From positions 32,001 through 96,000 of the forward strand of contig JAQBHB010000041.1 of NCBI GenBank assembly GCA_032128115.1: DNA of 64,000 nt, read 5' to 3'. A program made the translations under genes and the position numbers. Source of the DNA: Deltaproteobacteria bacterium (GTDB lineage: Bacteria; Myxococcota_A; UBA9160; SMWR01). This document shows positions 19,455-29,232 of this stretch, in pieces. The stretch's first letter is position 1. Every line of letters starts with the position of its first letter. Under the pieces are notes generated by a model. It did not search any database, was not told the DNA's origin, and saw only the letters and a program-made list of their open reading frames with translations.

Positions 19455-20483
19455 ATGAGCAACAGCCCCGAAGAGCCGCTGCCCGAGCCGGTCGAGCGCA
19501 ATCGGCTCTACGCCGAGCTCGAAATCCTGTTCGACACGGTCCGCGACCTGGCCTCGACGCTTTCGAGTCACGAGGTCGTGGAGCGCCTGATCGAGCGCAC
19601 GCTCAAGCACATGAACTCGGAGATCGCCTCGGTGCTGCTGACCGATGCCGATGGCGTTCTGCGCATCGCGCACGCCCGTGGACTTCCGGATGACGTGATC
19701 GCAAGCGTGCAGATGAGGGTGGGCGAGGGCATCGCCGGGCACGTGGTGGCCACCGGCGAGCCGCTTCTCATAACGGATGTGGAAAAGGACGAGCGCTTCC
19801 GCCGCCCCAACCGCGAGCGCTACAACACGACCTCCTGCGTCGTCGCGCCCCTGATCCTACAGGGCCAGGTGCGCGGCGTGATCAACGTGAACAACCGCAA
19901 GGACGGAAAGTCGTTCTGCGAAGCCGACCTGCGTCTGCTCCAGGCCATCGCCGGCCACGCGGCCGTGGCACTCGGCAACGCCCGCCGATTCGAAGAGATG
20001 GAGAAGCGGGCCCAGCGTGATGCGCTCACCAATCTGGCGAACCACGGGTTCTTCTGGTCGACGCTCGACGCCGAAGTGAAGCGCGCCAGCCGCCACGAGC
20101 GCCAGCTTTCGCTGGCCATGATCGACGTGGACCACTTCAAGGCGTACAACGATCGGTTCGGACATCCCCAGGGCGACTCGGCGCTGGTCTCGGTAGCCCG
20201 GGTGATCTCGGGAGCCAGCCGCGCCCACGACCTGCCGGCGCGCTATGGCGGCGAGGAGTTCGCCGTGATCCTGCCGGAGACCGCGATCGACGGCGCGGCG
20301 ACCTTCGGCGAGAAGATCCGCGCCTCGATGGAGTCTCTCAAAGAGAACGGCCTGACGGTGAGTGTGGGCATCGCGTGCCTGGACCAGACCGACGGCAACG
20401 CCACCAGCCTGGTGGAGAAGGCCGACGCCGAGCTCTACAAGGCCAAGGACGCCGGACGCAACCGCGTCTGCGTCGCGGACTGA
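19455..20483 (+). CDS. GAF-GGDEF diguanylate cyclase
   Basis: GAF domain, DALT, IDVDHFK, intact GGEEF, RxxD I-site (RAHD). Confidence 0.93.
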   Translation: MSNSPEEPLPEPVERNRLYAELEILFDTVRDLASTLSSHEVVERLIERTLKHMNSEIASVLLTDADGVLRIAHARGLPDDVIASVQMRVGEGIAGHVVATGEPLLITDVEKDERFRRPNRERYNTTSCVVAPLILQGQVRGVINVNNRKDGKSFCEADLRLLQAIAGHAAVALGNARRFEEMEKRAQRDALTNLANHGFFWSTLDAEVKRASRHERQLSLAMIDVDHFKAYNDRFGHPQGDSALVSVARVISGASRAHDLPARYGGEEFAVILPETAIDGAATFGEKIRASMESLKENGLTVSVGIACLDQTDGNATSLVEKADAELYKAKDAGRNRVCVAD

Positions 20484-20531
20484 TTCAAGAGAACCCCGGT
20501 CAGGGCTGATTCAGGAGAACCCCGGTCAGGC
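20480..20531. repeat. 26-bp tandem duplication spanning both stop codons of two convergent genes
   Basis: ctgattcaagagaaccccggtcaggg / ctgattcaggagaaccccggtcaggc. Confidence 0.9.
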
Positions 20532-21305
20532 CAGGTTGGAGAAGTCCGGCTTTCGCTTCTCGAAGAAGGCGCGGATGGCCTCCACGTTCTCGGGCGAGCC
20601 CACCCGCACCCGGAAACCGTCGTCCTCGCGTGCACGGGCGGCGCGCACCGCCTCGAGCCGGGGCTCGAGCATCAACTGCTTGGTGTGGCGCAGGGATCCC
20701 AGGGGGTGCTCTGCGATTCGGGCCGCGAGACCCCGCAGGGCCGGCAGCAACTCTTCCGGAGGCAGCTCGCGAGCGGCCAGTCCCGTGGCCACCGCCCGAC
20801 TCGAGTCCACCCAGTCGGCCGTGAAGAAGATTTCGGCCGCGTTCTGCCAACCCACCATGTGGGGAAGAAGCAGGCTGCTCGCCGCCTCCGGCACCACTCC
20901 CAGCGACACGAAGGGCACCTTCAGACGCGCGCCCACCGCGATGTAGACGATGTCGCAGTGCAGCAGGATCGTGAGGCCGAAGCCCACGCCCACGCCGTTC
21001 ACCGCCGCCAACAGTGGCTTGTCGAAGGCGATCAGGTCGTCGATGCAGGAGGCGAACGGGTGATCGGTGTCTCCGCCCCCACCCGGCGGCGCCGACATCT
21101 CTCCCAGATCCTGGCCCGCGGTGAAGGCCCCGGGCGAGCCGGTCACGATCACGACCCGCACGTCGTCGTCCTTCTTCGCGTCGGCCATGGCGTCTCGCAG
21201 CTCGCGCCACTGTTGGCTGTTAAAGGCGTTCCGCGCCTCGGGCCGGTTGAAGATCAGGGTGCGGACCCCGTTGTCGGTCTCCTCGAGAATGGTCTCCCGC
21301 TTCAC
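20526..21305 (-). CDS. Enoyl-CoA hydratase/isomerase
   Basis: NRPEARNA, AFTAGQDL, AAVNGVGVG, GVVPEA; GTGA overlap with the bioA stop. Confidence 0.92.
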   Translation of the reverse strand: MKRETILEETDNGVRTLIFNRPEARNAFNSQQWRELRDAMADAKKDDDVRVVIVTGSPGAFTAGQDLGEMSAPPGGGGDTDHPFASCIDDLIAFDKPLLAAVNGVGVGFGLTILLHCDIVYIAVGARLKVPFVSLGVVPEAASSLLLPHMVGWQNAAEIFFTADWVDSSRAVATGLAARELPPEELLPALRGLAARIAEHPLGSLRHTKQLMLEPRLEAVRAARAREDDGFRVRVGSPENVEAIRAFFEKRKPDFSNLA

Positions 21306-22627
21306 GATGCATCTCCCTTGCGATTCAATTCCGCCGAAACACTCTCTCGCACGATCGCGAGCAATGCCTCCAGGTCGTCGTCGGGAATGTTGAGAGAAGG
21401 CGCCACGTAGACCACGTTGCCAAGCGGACGCAGGTAGGCGCCGCGCCGGCGCGCCTCTTCGTACACGCGCCACCCCGCCCGATCCAGGTAGCCGGAGTCG
21501 CCAGCCAGGTCCAGGGCGCCGATCATCCCCAGCGAACGCGCGGACGCAACGCCTGGCATCTCGCCCATCTCGTGAAATGCTCGAGCGATTCGTTCGGCCT
21601 TGGGTTTCGCACGCTCTAGAACCTGTTCATCCTCGTAGACCCGAAGCACCTCGAGTGCCACGGCGGCGCCCAGCGGGTGGCCGCAGAAGGTGTGCCCGTA
21701 GTAGAAGGCGCGATCCTCGTCGCCGGTGAAGCCCTCGAAGACTCGCGGCGTCGCGAGGGTCGCGGCCATCGGCAGCATGCCGGCGGTGAAGCCCTTGGCG
21801 ATGCACAACACGTCCGGCGAGACACCGGCGTGATCGCAGCCCCACATGGGGCCCGTGCGCCCGTAGCCCGTGGCCACCTCGTCGAAGACCAGGAGCACGT
21901 CGAAGCGATCGCAGAGATCTCGAGCGAAGCGCAGATAGGCCGGGTCGTAGAAACGCATGCCCGATGCGCCCTGCACCACGGGTTCCAGCACCAGCGCCGC
22001 CAGCGTGTCGGCGTGGGCGCAAAGGGTCTGCTCCAGGGCGTCGACACAGGCCTGCAGGCTTCCCGGCTCCCGGGGCGGAGGCACGTGCTCGGCGCCTGGC
22101 ACCGCCCCGGCGAACGGCCGGCGGAAGAGTTCCACACCCCCCAGGGCCGTTGCGCCCAGGGTCTCGCCGTGGAATGCCTCCTCCAGCGATACGAACCGGG
22201 TGCGCTCGGGCCTGCCGTTCTGGTGCCAGAACTGGAGGGCCAGCTTCATGGCCACCTCGACGGCGGTGGAGCCGTCGTCGCTGTAGAAGACGTGCTCGAG
22301 GCCGTCGGGTGCGACCTGGCAGATTGCCTCGGCCAGGTCGGCAGCGGGAGCGTGGGTGATGCCGCCCAGGGCCGTATGACACAACGTCTGCGACTGGCGC
22401 CGCAACGCTTCCAGCAGCCGCGGGTGACCGTGACCCAGCGCGCTCGACCACCACGACGCGTTGGCGTCGATGTAGCTGCGGCCCTCCACGTCGAACAGGC
22501 GCGACCCCTGGGCGCGAGCAACCACCAGCGGCTCCGTGTGGGCCCGGTAGTTCGCCATCTCCGTATACGGGTGCCACACCCGACGTTTGTCGAGTGCGAC
22601 GATGCGGTCGCGCTCCCGGGCCAGCAA
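21302..22627 (-). CDS. bioA: Adenosylmethionine-8-amino-7-oxononanoate aminotransferase
   Basis: WHPYT, SWW, GSTAVEVAMK, DEVATG, AKG, GHTF and LRPLG motifs. Confidence 0.88.
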   Translation of the reverse strand: MLARERDRIVALDKRRVWHPYTEMANYRAHTEPLVVARAQGSRLFDVEGRSYIDANASWWSSALGHGHPRLLEALRRQSQTLCHTALGGITHAPAADLAEAICQVAPDGLEHVFYSDDGSTAVEVAMKLALQFWHQNGRPERTRFVSLEEAFHGETLGATALGGVELFRRPFAGAVPGAEHVPPPREPGSLQACVDALEQTLCAHADTLAALVLEPVVQGASGMRFYDPAYLRFARDLCDRFDVLLVFDEVATGYGRTGPMWGCDHAGVSPDVLCIAKGFTAGMLPMAATLATPRVFEGFTGDEDRAFYYGHTFCGHPLGAAVALEVLRVYEDEQVLERAKPKAERIARAFHEMGEMPGVASARSLGMIGALDLAGDSGYLDRAGWRVYEEARRRGAYLRPLGNVVYVAPSLNIPDDDLEALLAIVRESVSAELNRKGDAS

Positions 22628-22630
22628 CGG

Positions 22631-23659
22631 CTACAGGGCCAGCTCGGCCAACAGGCGCAGCACCTCCGGCTGTCCGGCTCCCACCAGCAGCGAGCCGGTG
22701 GGCGATGCTTTCCAGGCCTGGAAGCGTTCGGCGATGCGCTCGGCGGGTCCCACCAGGGCGACATCGTCCACCAGCGCGTTGGGCACCGCCGCCATGGCCT
22801 CGCCCTTCTTCCCGTCCAGGTAGAGATCCTGGATCTCCACGGCTGCGTCCTCGTAACCGAGCCGCTTGGCGTAGTCGTTGTAGAAGTTGCGACCGCGGGC
22901 GCCCATGCCGCCGATGTAGAGGGCCATCATCCCCTTGATGGGCATGCGGCACTTTTCCAGGTCGTCGCCCAGGATGGCAGTGGTGAAGGGCGCCAGGTCG
23001 AAATCGGCCATGCTCTTGGCGCCGCCTGCCTTCCGGAAACCCTCTTCCAGGTGCGAGACGATGAGCTCCGGCTTCTCCGGGTTCATCCACAGCGGGAACA
23101 CGCCGTCGGCTACCTCGCCGGCACAGGCCAGGCCCGCCGGACTGATGGCCGCGGTATAGATCTTCAGATCCCGGCGTCCGTGCAGGATGCTCTTGAGCGG
23201 CTTGCCGAGACCAGTGGCGTCGTCTCCGAAGTAGGGAATCTGATAGTGCAGGCCCTTGTGCTCCAGCGGCGCCTCGCGGGCCAGGACCTGGCGGACGATC
23301 TGCACGTACTCGCGGGTGCGGGTGAGGGGCTTGCCGTACGGCACGCCGTACCAACCCTCCACCACCTGGGGGCCCGAGGGTCCGAGGCCCAGGCGGAAGC
23401 GCCCGCCGGACAGGGCATCCAGCGTCATCGCCGTCATGGCGGTCATGGCCGGGCTGCGGGCCGGCATCTGCATGATGGCCGTGCCGATCCCGATGCGACT
23501 GGTACGGGCCGCGATGTAGGCGGCCGGCGTGGCGGCGTCGTTTCCGTAGGCTTCGGCCGTCCACACGGAGTCGAAGCCCAGCTTCTCGGCTTCGAGGATC
23601 AGATCCAGGTTGAGGGTCATCTTCGGGCCGAACTGGCCCGCCAGGAGTCCGAGGCGCAT
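22631..23659 (-). CDS. LLM-class F420-dependent oxidoreductase
   Basis: [28 protein letters not shown] signature. Confidence 0.9.
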   Translation of the reverse strand: MRLGLLAGQFGPKMTLNLDLILEAEKLGFDSVWTAEAYGNDAATPAAYIAARTSRIGIGTAIMQMPARSPAMTAMTAMTLDALSGGRFRLGLGPSGPQVVEGWYGVPYGKPLTRTREYVQIVRQVLAREAPLEHKGLHYQIPYFGDDATGLGKPLKSILHGRRDLKIYTAAISPAGLACAGEVADGVFPLWMNPEKPELIVSHLEEGFRKAGGAKSMADFDLAPFTTAILGDDLEKCRMPIKGMMALYIGGMGARGRNFYNDYAKRLGYEDAAVEIQDLYLDGKKGEAMAAVPNALVDDVALVGPAERIAERFQAWKASPTGSLLVGAGQPEVLRLLAELAL

Positions 23660-23704
23660 GGGGGGGGCTCCTATCTCGGGGATGGAGTGGGCAGGATATC
23701 CGAT

Positions 23705-26245
23705 TCAGGAGTCATCGGGGGTCGCCACCAGGGGCAGGTCGATCACGAAGGTGGTTCCCCGGCCCGGCTGGGAGCCCACGAAGATCCGGCCCCCATGGCG
23801 CTCGATGATGCCGTGGGAGAGTGAGAGGCCCAGACCGGTTCCCGCGCCCACCGGCTTCGTCGTGAAGAAGGGATCGAAGATGCGGCTCTGCACGTCGTGG
23901 GGAATCCCGGGGCCGTTGTCGTGGAACTCCAGGCGCACGCCATCGTCGGTGTGGAGGGTGGTGATGCGGATCTCGCCGTCCTTCTCGATGGCGTCGCATG
24001 CGTTCATCAGCAGGTTCAGGAAGACCTGGTTCAACTGACCCGGGTAGCAGCGCACGTGAGGCAGGTCGCCGAAGTCGCGTACCACCTCGATGTTGTTCTT
24101 GAAGCGAGGCTCCATTAGCGCGAGCGTGCGATCGATCTCCTCATGCAGGTCGGCGTCCTGCAGTTCGGCCTGATCCATGCGGGAGAACGTGCGCAGGTCT
24201 TCCACGATCTTCTTGACGCGCTGGGTCCCCTCCTGGCTGCGCGCCAGCAGCTTCTCGATTCCCTCCCGGACGCGCGTGGTGTCGCTCTCGGTGCGCTGAC
24301 CCTCGATCAGCTTCTTCACGTACTCGTCAAGCAGCTTGAGGTTGGCGTGAACGAATCCAATCGGGTTGTTGAGCTCATGCGCCACACCCGCCACCAGCTG
24401 GCCCAGCGACTTCATCTTCTCGGCCTGGGTGAGCTGGGCCTGGGTCTCGCGCAACTCGCGCGTTCGTTCCTCCACGCGGGCCTCCAGATTCTCGTTCAGC
24501 TTCGCGATCTCGTCGAAGGCCTTGGCGTTCTCGATGGCGATGGAACTCTGGTTGGCCAATGTGCGAAGCAGCACACGATCGTCGAGTGCGAGTCGGTCGC
24601 GCGAGATCTTGCGGCCCACTGCGATCACGCCAAGAAGATCCACGCCATACAGGATGGGCACGAGGATCTCCACCTCCAGGGTGTCGAAGATGTCGCGGCA
24701 GGCTTCGCGACTTTCCACGTCGGGCTCGTCGTCGAAGTCCACCCGCGAAAGATCCTCGCGGCGCATCCACAAATGCTTCCAGATGGGGTGGTGGGACGGA
24801 ACCTCGGTGGTGAGGGCCTCTTCCTCCCAGTCGCCCCGAGACGCGATGGGCCGCAGCAGACGACCCTCGTCGTCCACGAGCAGCACCATAGCGCGCTCGA
24901 CGCCCATGGTGTCGGTGAGCGCCACCAGGATCCGATCCGCGATCTCGTTCAGAGAAAGCATGGAGACCATCGCCTCGGAAATCTCCCGCACCGCCACCCG
25001 GTAGGCCGTCCGGTCGCGGTCGAAGAACCGATCCACCAGATTCTGCATGCGACGACGCAGGGGGTCGAAGGCCAGGATGGCGAAGAACAGGAACACCACC
25101 TGGAACCAGCGGAAGCTCACCCCGAGACGCCAGACCAGCGTGTCGGCAAAGGTGATCAGGAACGCGAACAGGGCCACGATGGCGAGGCTGGCGGTGCCAT
25201 AGGCCGCCGACGACTTCGCCATGGTGCGGATCCCGAACAGCTGTTTGCGCACCAGTCCATAACCCACTGCCACGGGAAACAGGAATACCCAGAACAGGGC
25301 CAGGTAGTAGGGGAAGGGCTTCTCCAACCACCACTGGGCCATCAGCACCACCAGTACCGGGGCGAAGCTCACCAGCGCGCCGAAGAACATCACATCGGCG
25401 CGATCCTTGAGCGCGCTTTCCCGGTGCCGGTGTCGCTCGAGCCCCAGGATCCCCACCGACACCGCGAACAGACCCATCGTGAACAGGAACGACGCGTTGG
25501 AGACGGAGCCCAGCTCCAGACCCAGAGCCTCCTCGCCCAGCCCCAACCCCGCCAGGCCGAAGGCGGCCGCGTAGGGCAGCAACTGGATGCGCCGGCGGCG
25601 AACGATCCAGCCGGGTTCGATGGGATAGGTCGTGAACAGATGGAACGTGGTGGCGCCTAGAAGCGGCAGGTTGATGGCCATGCAGGCCCACGACCAGGCG
25701 ATCACGTCGCCCTGGATCGTGTGCGAGAGCTGAACCGACATGGTGGAGCAGAACAGCAGCAGGGCCCAGGCCCCGGATCGGTCGGGGCGCAGCCACCACA
25801 CGATCGAGCCGGTAGCGATGTAGATCACCGCAAGCAGCAACATCAGTCCGTGGAGCAGGATCAGCAGGCGACCGTGCAGGGCCTCGGATGACTCGGGCAG
25901 CAGCTCCACGCTGATGCGCCGCCCGTCGCGCTTCTGGAACACGTAGGTGTTCGGGACGTCCGGCTCGAGTCCCTTCCAGCCGCGCCGGAGATCCGACAGG
26001 AAGGGTGTGCCGTTGACCTCCAGGACCCGGTCGCCGACGCCGGCTTCGGTGCCCGCCTCGGTGGCGGCGGGGCCGAGCGCCTGCACGATGACGTTGCCGC
26101 CGAGCACCGTAATGGAGAAGGGGTGGTTCAGCTTGTGGCTGGGCGCCCGGAGGGGGCCGAGCGAGAGCGCCAGAGCAACCAGGGCCCAGCCGATGGCGAT
26201 GGCCGCGGTCGTCCGACGAAAGCGCAGGGGGGACGTCGGGTTCAT
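23705..26245 (-). CDS. Membrane sensor histidine kinase (PDZ-like, multi-TM, GAF, HisKA, HATPase)
   Basis: GDRVLEVNG PDZ-like motif; AHELNNP H-box; NLLMNA, DNGPG, FFTTK, GTGLGL boxes. Confidence 0.93.
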   Translation of the reverse strand: MNPTSPLRFRRTTAAIAIGWALVALALSLGPLRAPSHKLNHPFSITVLGGNVIVQALGPAATEAGTEAGVGDRVLEVNGTPFLSDLRRGWKGLEPDVPNTYVFQKRDGRRISVELLPESSEALHGRLLILLHGLMLLLAVIYIATGSIVWWLRPDRSGAWALLLFCSTMSVQLSHTIQGDVIAWSWACMAINLPLLGATTFHLFTTYPIEPGWIVRRRRIQLLPYAAAFGLAGLGLGEEALGLELGSVSNASFLFTMGLFAVSVGILGLERHRHRESALKDRADVMFFGALVSFAPVLVVLMAQWWLEKPFPYYLALFWVFLFPVAVGYGLVRKQLFGIRTMAKSSAAYGTASLAIVALFAFLITFADTLVWRLGVSFRWFQVVFLFFAILAFDPLRRRMQNLVDRFFDRDRTAYRVAVREISEAMVSMLSLNEIADRILVALTDTMGVERAMVLLVDDEGRLLRPIASRGDWEEEALTTEVPSHHPIWKHLWMRREDLSRVDFDDEPDVESREACRDIFDTLEVEILVPILYGVDLLGVIAVGRKISRDRLALDDRVLLRTLANQSSIAIENAKAFDEIAKLNENLEARVEERTRELRETQAQLTQAEKMKSLGQLVAGVAHELNNPIGFVHANLKLLDEYVKKLIEGQRTESDTTRVREGIEKLLARSQEGTQRVKKIVEDLRTFSRMDQAELQDADLHEEIDRTLALMEPRFKNNIEVVRDFGDLPHVRCYPGQLNQVFLNLLMNACDAIEKDGEIRITTLHTDDGVRLEFHDNGPGIPHDVQSRIFDPFFTTKPVGAGTGLGLSLSHGIIERHGGRIFVGSQPGRGTTFVIDLPLVATPDDS

Positions 26246-26311
26246 ATGGCTCCCGGCACCCTCGCCATGCTACGGCGGGTGCCCGGGTGCTGTCAAAACG
26301 CCCCGGATTCG

Positions 26312-26337
26312 GACGTGGAGATGAGACGTGGAGATGA
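26312..26337. repeat. 13-bp perfect tandem repeat x2 (GACGTGGAGATGA)
   Basis: Intergenic, just downstream of the stop of the minus-strand gene ending at 26352. Confidence 0.8.
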
Positions 26338-26351
26338 AAAGAGAGGCCGAG

Positions 26352-26660
26352 CTATCGGGTGGCTTCGAGAGCCTCGGCGGCACGGACAGGGACATAGTTG
26401 TAGCCACGTCCGTTGAGCACGACCGTACCCTGGCGATCCGGCGAGCGGCTTGCCACGCGCTGTCGCAGCGTGTTCAGGTTCACCGGGTGGGGTGGGTTGG
26501 CCTTCAGGGACGGATCGTTGCAGACCGCGGCCTCCGAGGACTCCCGCGGCGCTTCGGCCTCGCCGGCCTTCACCAACTGCACCCCGGGCGACAACAGCAA
26601 CAGCATGGCCACCAGGGCGGTCCCACCGATCGCGGTCTTGACCTTCTCCCAGGCTCGCAT
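26352..26660 (-). CDS. Small secreted hypothetical protein
   Basis: GGGGAG RBS + ATG; signal-peptide-like N-terminus; upstream sigma28-like promoter. Confidence 0.65.
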   Translation of the reverse strand: MRAWEKVKTAIGGTALVAMLLLLSPGVQLVKAGEAEAPRESSEAAVCNDPSLKANPPHPVNLNTLRQRVASRSPDRQGTVVLNGRGYNYVPVRAAEALEATR

Positions 26661-26700
26661 GACGTCTCCCCGTGGTACCCTGCACACCACGTCCTGATCC

Positions 26701-26728
26701 TTTTCGGCGCTTCGGAGGGGAATCTTGA
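26701..26728 (-). promoter_or_regulatory. Sigma28-like promoter
   Basis: Minus strand TCAAG-N15-GCCGAAAA, 40 bp upstream of the ATG at 26660. Confidence 0.5.
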
Positions 26729-26842
26729 AGCCGGGACCCGTCGCCGTGTGCGCTACCTGCCTGGGATCCGCACGCGGGTTGCCGATCGCCTGCCGACTCC
26801 CTGCAACGCACGCGTCGAATGCGCAGCTCGGCGGGAGGCCGC

Positions 26843-27919
26843 ATGCAGCTGGTCACCTACGAACGACGGGTTGACAGCAACGACAACGACGAGCCGCGCC
26901 GATCGCGCCACTCGTCCATGGGCGACGCCGCGCTGGGGTTCGAGGCCCTGGAGTCGCACCGGCCCGGCATGCGGCGCATGGGGGCCATCCTGCCCGTCGG
27001 CTCCCACGAAGGCTCGGTGGTGGACCTGAACCGCGCGTTGGCCATCAGGCTCGCCTCCGACGGCGGGGGAGCCCCGGAAGCCGAGGCCGACTCGCTGCTG
27101 CCTGCGGATCTCCTGGAGCTGTTGCGCCGCGGCCCCGGGAGCATGGACGTGGCTCGCACGGCGCTCGCGTTCGCAGTAGAGGCCCTCGACCGCTACGACG
27201 CCCCGGACCTGGTGCGGGCCGGCGTCGTGCACGGTCGACGCGATGTCCGCCTGTGCGCGCCGATTCCGCGCCCCGGCAAGATCGTGGGCGTGGCGCGCAA
27301 CTACCCGGCCCACGCGGCGGAGCGCGGCGGCGATATTCCCGAGGAGCCGGTGCTCTTCCTGAAGGCCCCGTCGTCGGTGATCGGCCCCGAGGACGAGATC
27401 CGTCTGCCCCGGGCCAGTGTGCAGGTGGACTACGAAGGCGAATTGGCCGTGATCCTCGGAGCCGCGATTCGCGGCGTCGGCCCCGAAGAGGCGCTCGCGA
27501 GCATCGCGGGCTATTGCGTGGCGAACGATGTCTCGGCGCGGGACTACCAGGACGTCCGGGGACAACGGTTCATCGGGAAGTCGTGCGACACCTTCGCTCC
27601 CCTGGGACCTGCCCTGATCACCACCGACGAGATTCCCGACCCCCAGGATCTGGGCATCCGGACCGTCGTCTCCCAGCAGGGAAGACAGTCGGGGCACACC
27701 AAACAGATGCACTTCGGGGTCGCTGCGATCCTCTCGTTCGTGTCCCGGCTGATGACGCTCGAACCCGGCGACGTGGTGCTCACCGGTACACCCGCGGGCG
27801 TGGGCGCAGCCGCCGAACCGCCTCGCTGGCTTCGGGATGGCGATGTGGTGGAGGTGGAGATCGACCGGGTGGGCCGACTGCGAAACTACGTGCGCGAGGA
27901 GCCGCCGACAGGCTCGTAG
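26843..27919 (+). CDS. Fumarylacetoacetate hydrolase family protein
   Basis: NYPAH, PVLFLK, DYEGEL, NDVSARD, GKSCDTF, TGTPAGVG; GGAGG RBS. Confidence 0.92.
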   Translation: MQLVTYERRVDSNDNDEPRRSRHSSMGDAALGFEALESHRPGMRRMGAILPVGSHEGSVVDLNRALAIRLASDGGGAPEAEADSLLPADLLELLRRGPGSMDVARTALAFAVEALDRYDAPDLVRAGVVHGRRDVRLCAPIPRPGKIVGVARNYPAHAAERGGDIPEEPVLFLKAPSSVIGPEDEIRLPRASVQVDYEGELAVILGAAIRGVGPEEALASIAGYCVANDVSARDYQDVRGQRFIGKSCDTFAPLGPALITTDEIPDPQDLGIRTVVSQQGRQSGHTKQMHFGVAAILSFVSRLMTLEPGDVVLTGTPAGVGAAAEPPRWLRDGDVVEVEIDRVGRLRNYVREEPPTGS

Positions 27920-27979
27920 CGGGCGCAAAGGGCCACAAGAGGGTGCAAGGAGCAGCACCCAGGAAGGTCCGGAGTCCGA

Positions 27980-28756
27980 TCAAATTCCCGATCCCGCTTC
28001 CTCTTCCTCCACGTGGATGCCGCATTCGCGGGTCTCGGGGTTCTCCCACCACCAGCGTCCGGCCCGGGGATCGTCGCCCGCTGCGATTGCTCGCGAGCAG
28101 GGGGCGCAGCCCACCGACGGGTAGCCCTGAAGGTGCAGACGGTTGGTGGGTAGGTCGTGGTCTCGCACGTACTGGAGCACCTGATCGCGCTTCCAGTCGG
28201 CGAGCGGATTGATCTTCACCTTGTCGCCGTGGCCCGCGTCGATCTCGACCTTGGTGGTGTCGGTGCGCGTCACGCCCTGGTCACGCCGCAGGCCCGTGAC
28301 CCAGGCGTCCAGATCGGCGACGAAGCGGTTCAGGGGCTCGACCTTGCGAACGCGGCAGCACTGCTGGCGATTCTCCACCGACTCGAAGAACAGGTTCAGA
28401 CCCTTCTGCCGCACCATGGCCTCCACCGCCTCGGCACGGGGAAAGACCACCTCGACCTTTACCCGGTAGCGGTCACGGACCCGGTCGATCAGGTCGTAGG
28501 TCGCCTGGGGAAGACGCCCCGTGTCCAGCACGAACACCCGGGAGGCTGGCTCGATGCGATGCATCATGTCCATCAGCACGATGCCCTCGGGCGCTCCGAA
28601 CGAGCAGGAAAGGGCAATCCTGGGATGATAATTCTCCAGTGCCCAACTCAAGAGTTCTTGGGCGCTGAGGGCCTCGGCCTGGCCACTCTGGATGAACTGG
28701 CGCAGGGCCCGCTGCGTGGGTTTCTCGGGGTTTGAGGAGGGGGCGGTCATCGCCAT
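27980..28756 (-). CDS. cysH: APS/PAPS reductase, [4Fe-4S] type
   Basis: SCSFG, LDTG, CC...CxxC (QQCCRVRK, GCAPC), RAGRW, ECGIH. Confidence 0.92.
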   Translation of the reverse strand: MAMTAPSSNPEKPTQRALRQFIQSGQAEALSAQELLSWALENYHPRIALSCSFGAPEGIVLMDMMHRIEPASRVFVLDTGRLPQATYDLIDRVRDRYRVKVEVVFPRAEAVEAMVRQKGLNLFFESVENRQQCCRVRKVEPLNRFVADLDAWVTGLRRDQGVTRTDTTKVEIDAGHGDKVKINPLADWKRDQVLQYVRDHDLPTNRLHLQGYPSVGCAPCSRAIAAGDDPRAGRWWWENPETRECGIHVEEEEAGSGI

Positions 28757-28856
28757 GGGGTTTCCAATGTATCGGAAGATCGTGGCAGATCCCAAGCATT
28801 CCAGACAGTTGCACTGTGGTATTTGACAGAGGCGCCAGCCGCTGCCGCGACTGGGT

Positions 28857-29156
28857 TCATGCGAGCTTCTCGTCCACGGACCGCACCTTGTCCTCCATGG
28901 CCACGGTGCGGTCCCGCCGTTCGTCGATCTTGATCAGCGTGCTCACGCGCATGGCCCCGGCTGCGAAGACCGCCTCGTGCATCCGCTGCACCAACGCCAG
29001 CACCTCTGGAAGCTCACCTTCCAGGGTGGTGAACATTGGATCCAGCCGGGTTCGCACGGCCTGCTGATCGCGAGCCACCCTGAGTGCGGCAGCCACGTAG
29101 CTCGACACGCTGACCCCCTCTCCTACCGGTGAAATGCTGACTGCGACGATGGCCAT
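28857..29156 (-). CDS. MTH1187/YkoF family thiamine-binding protein
   Basis: SISPVG..SVSSYVA, TTLEG, IKIDERRD motifs; 99 aa. Confidence 0.85.
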   Translation of the reverse strand: MAIVAVSISPVGEGVSVSSYVAAALRVARDQQAVRTRLDPMFTTLEGELPEVLALVQRMHEAVFAAGAMRVSTLIKIDERRDRTVAMEDKVRSVDEKLA

Positions 29157-29180
29157 CTCGTTGGTTCCCCTCGATCCTGT

Positions 29181-29232
29181 CATTCAGCCCAGACGTTCAG
29201 CCCAGTCATTCAGCCCAGACATTCAGCCCAGA
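29181..29232. repeat. 13-bp tandem repeat x4 (CATTCAGCCCAGA)
   Basis: Units at 29181, 29194, 29207 and 29220; the last unit is the final codons plus TGA of the folK fusion. Confidence 0.9.

Noticed and set aside
29157..29222. TPP riboswitch before the thiamine-binding protein gene
   Set aside because: The gap is filled by a 13-bp repeat and lacks a riboswitch-sized conserved structure.
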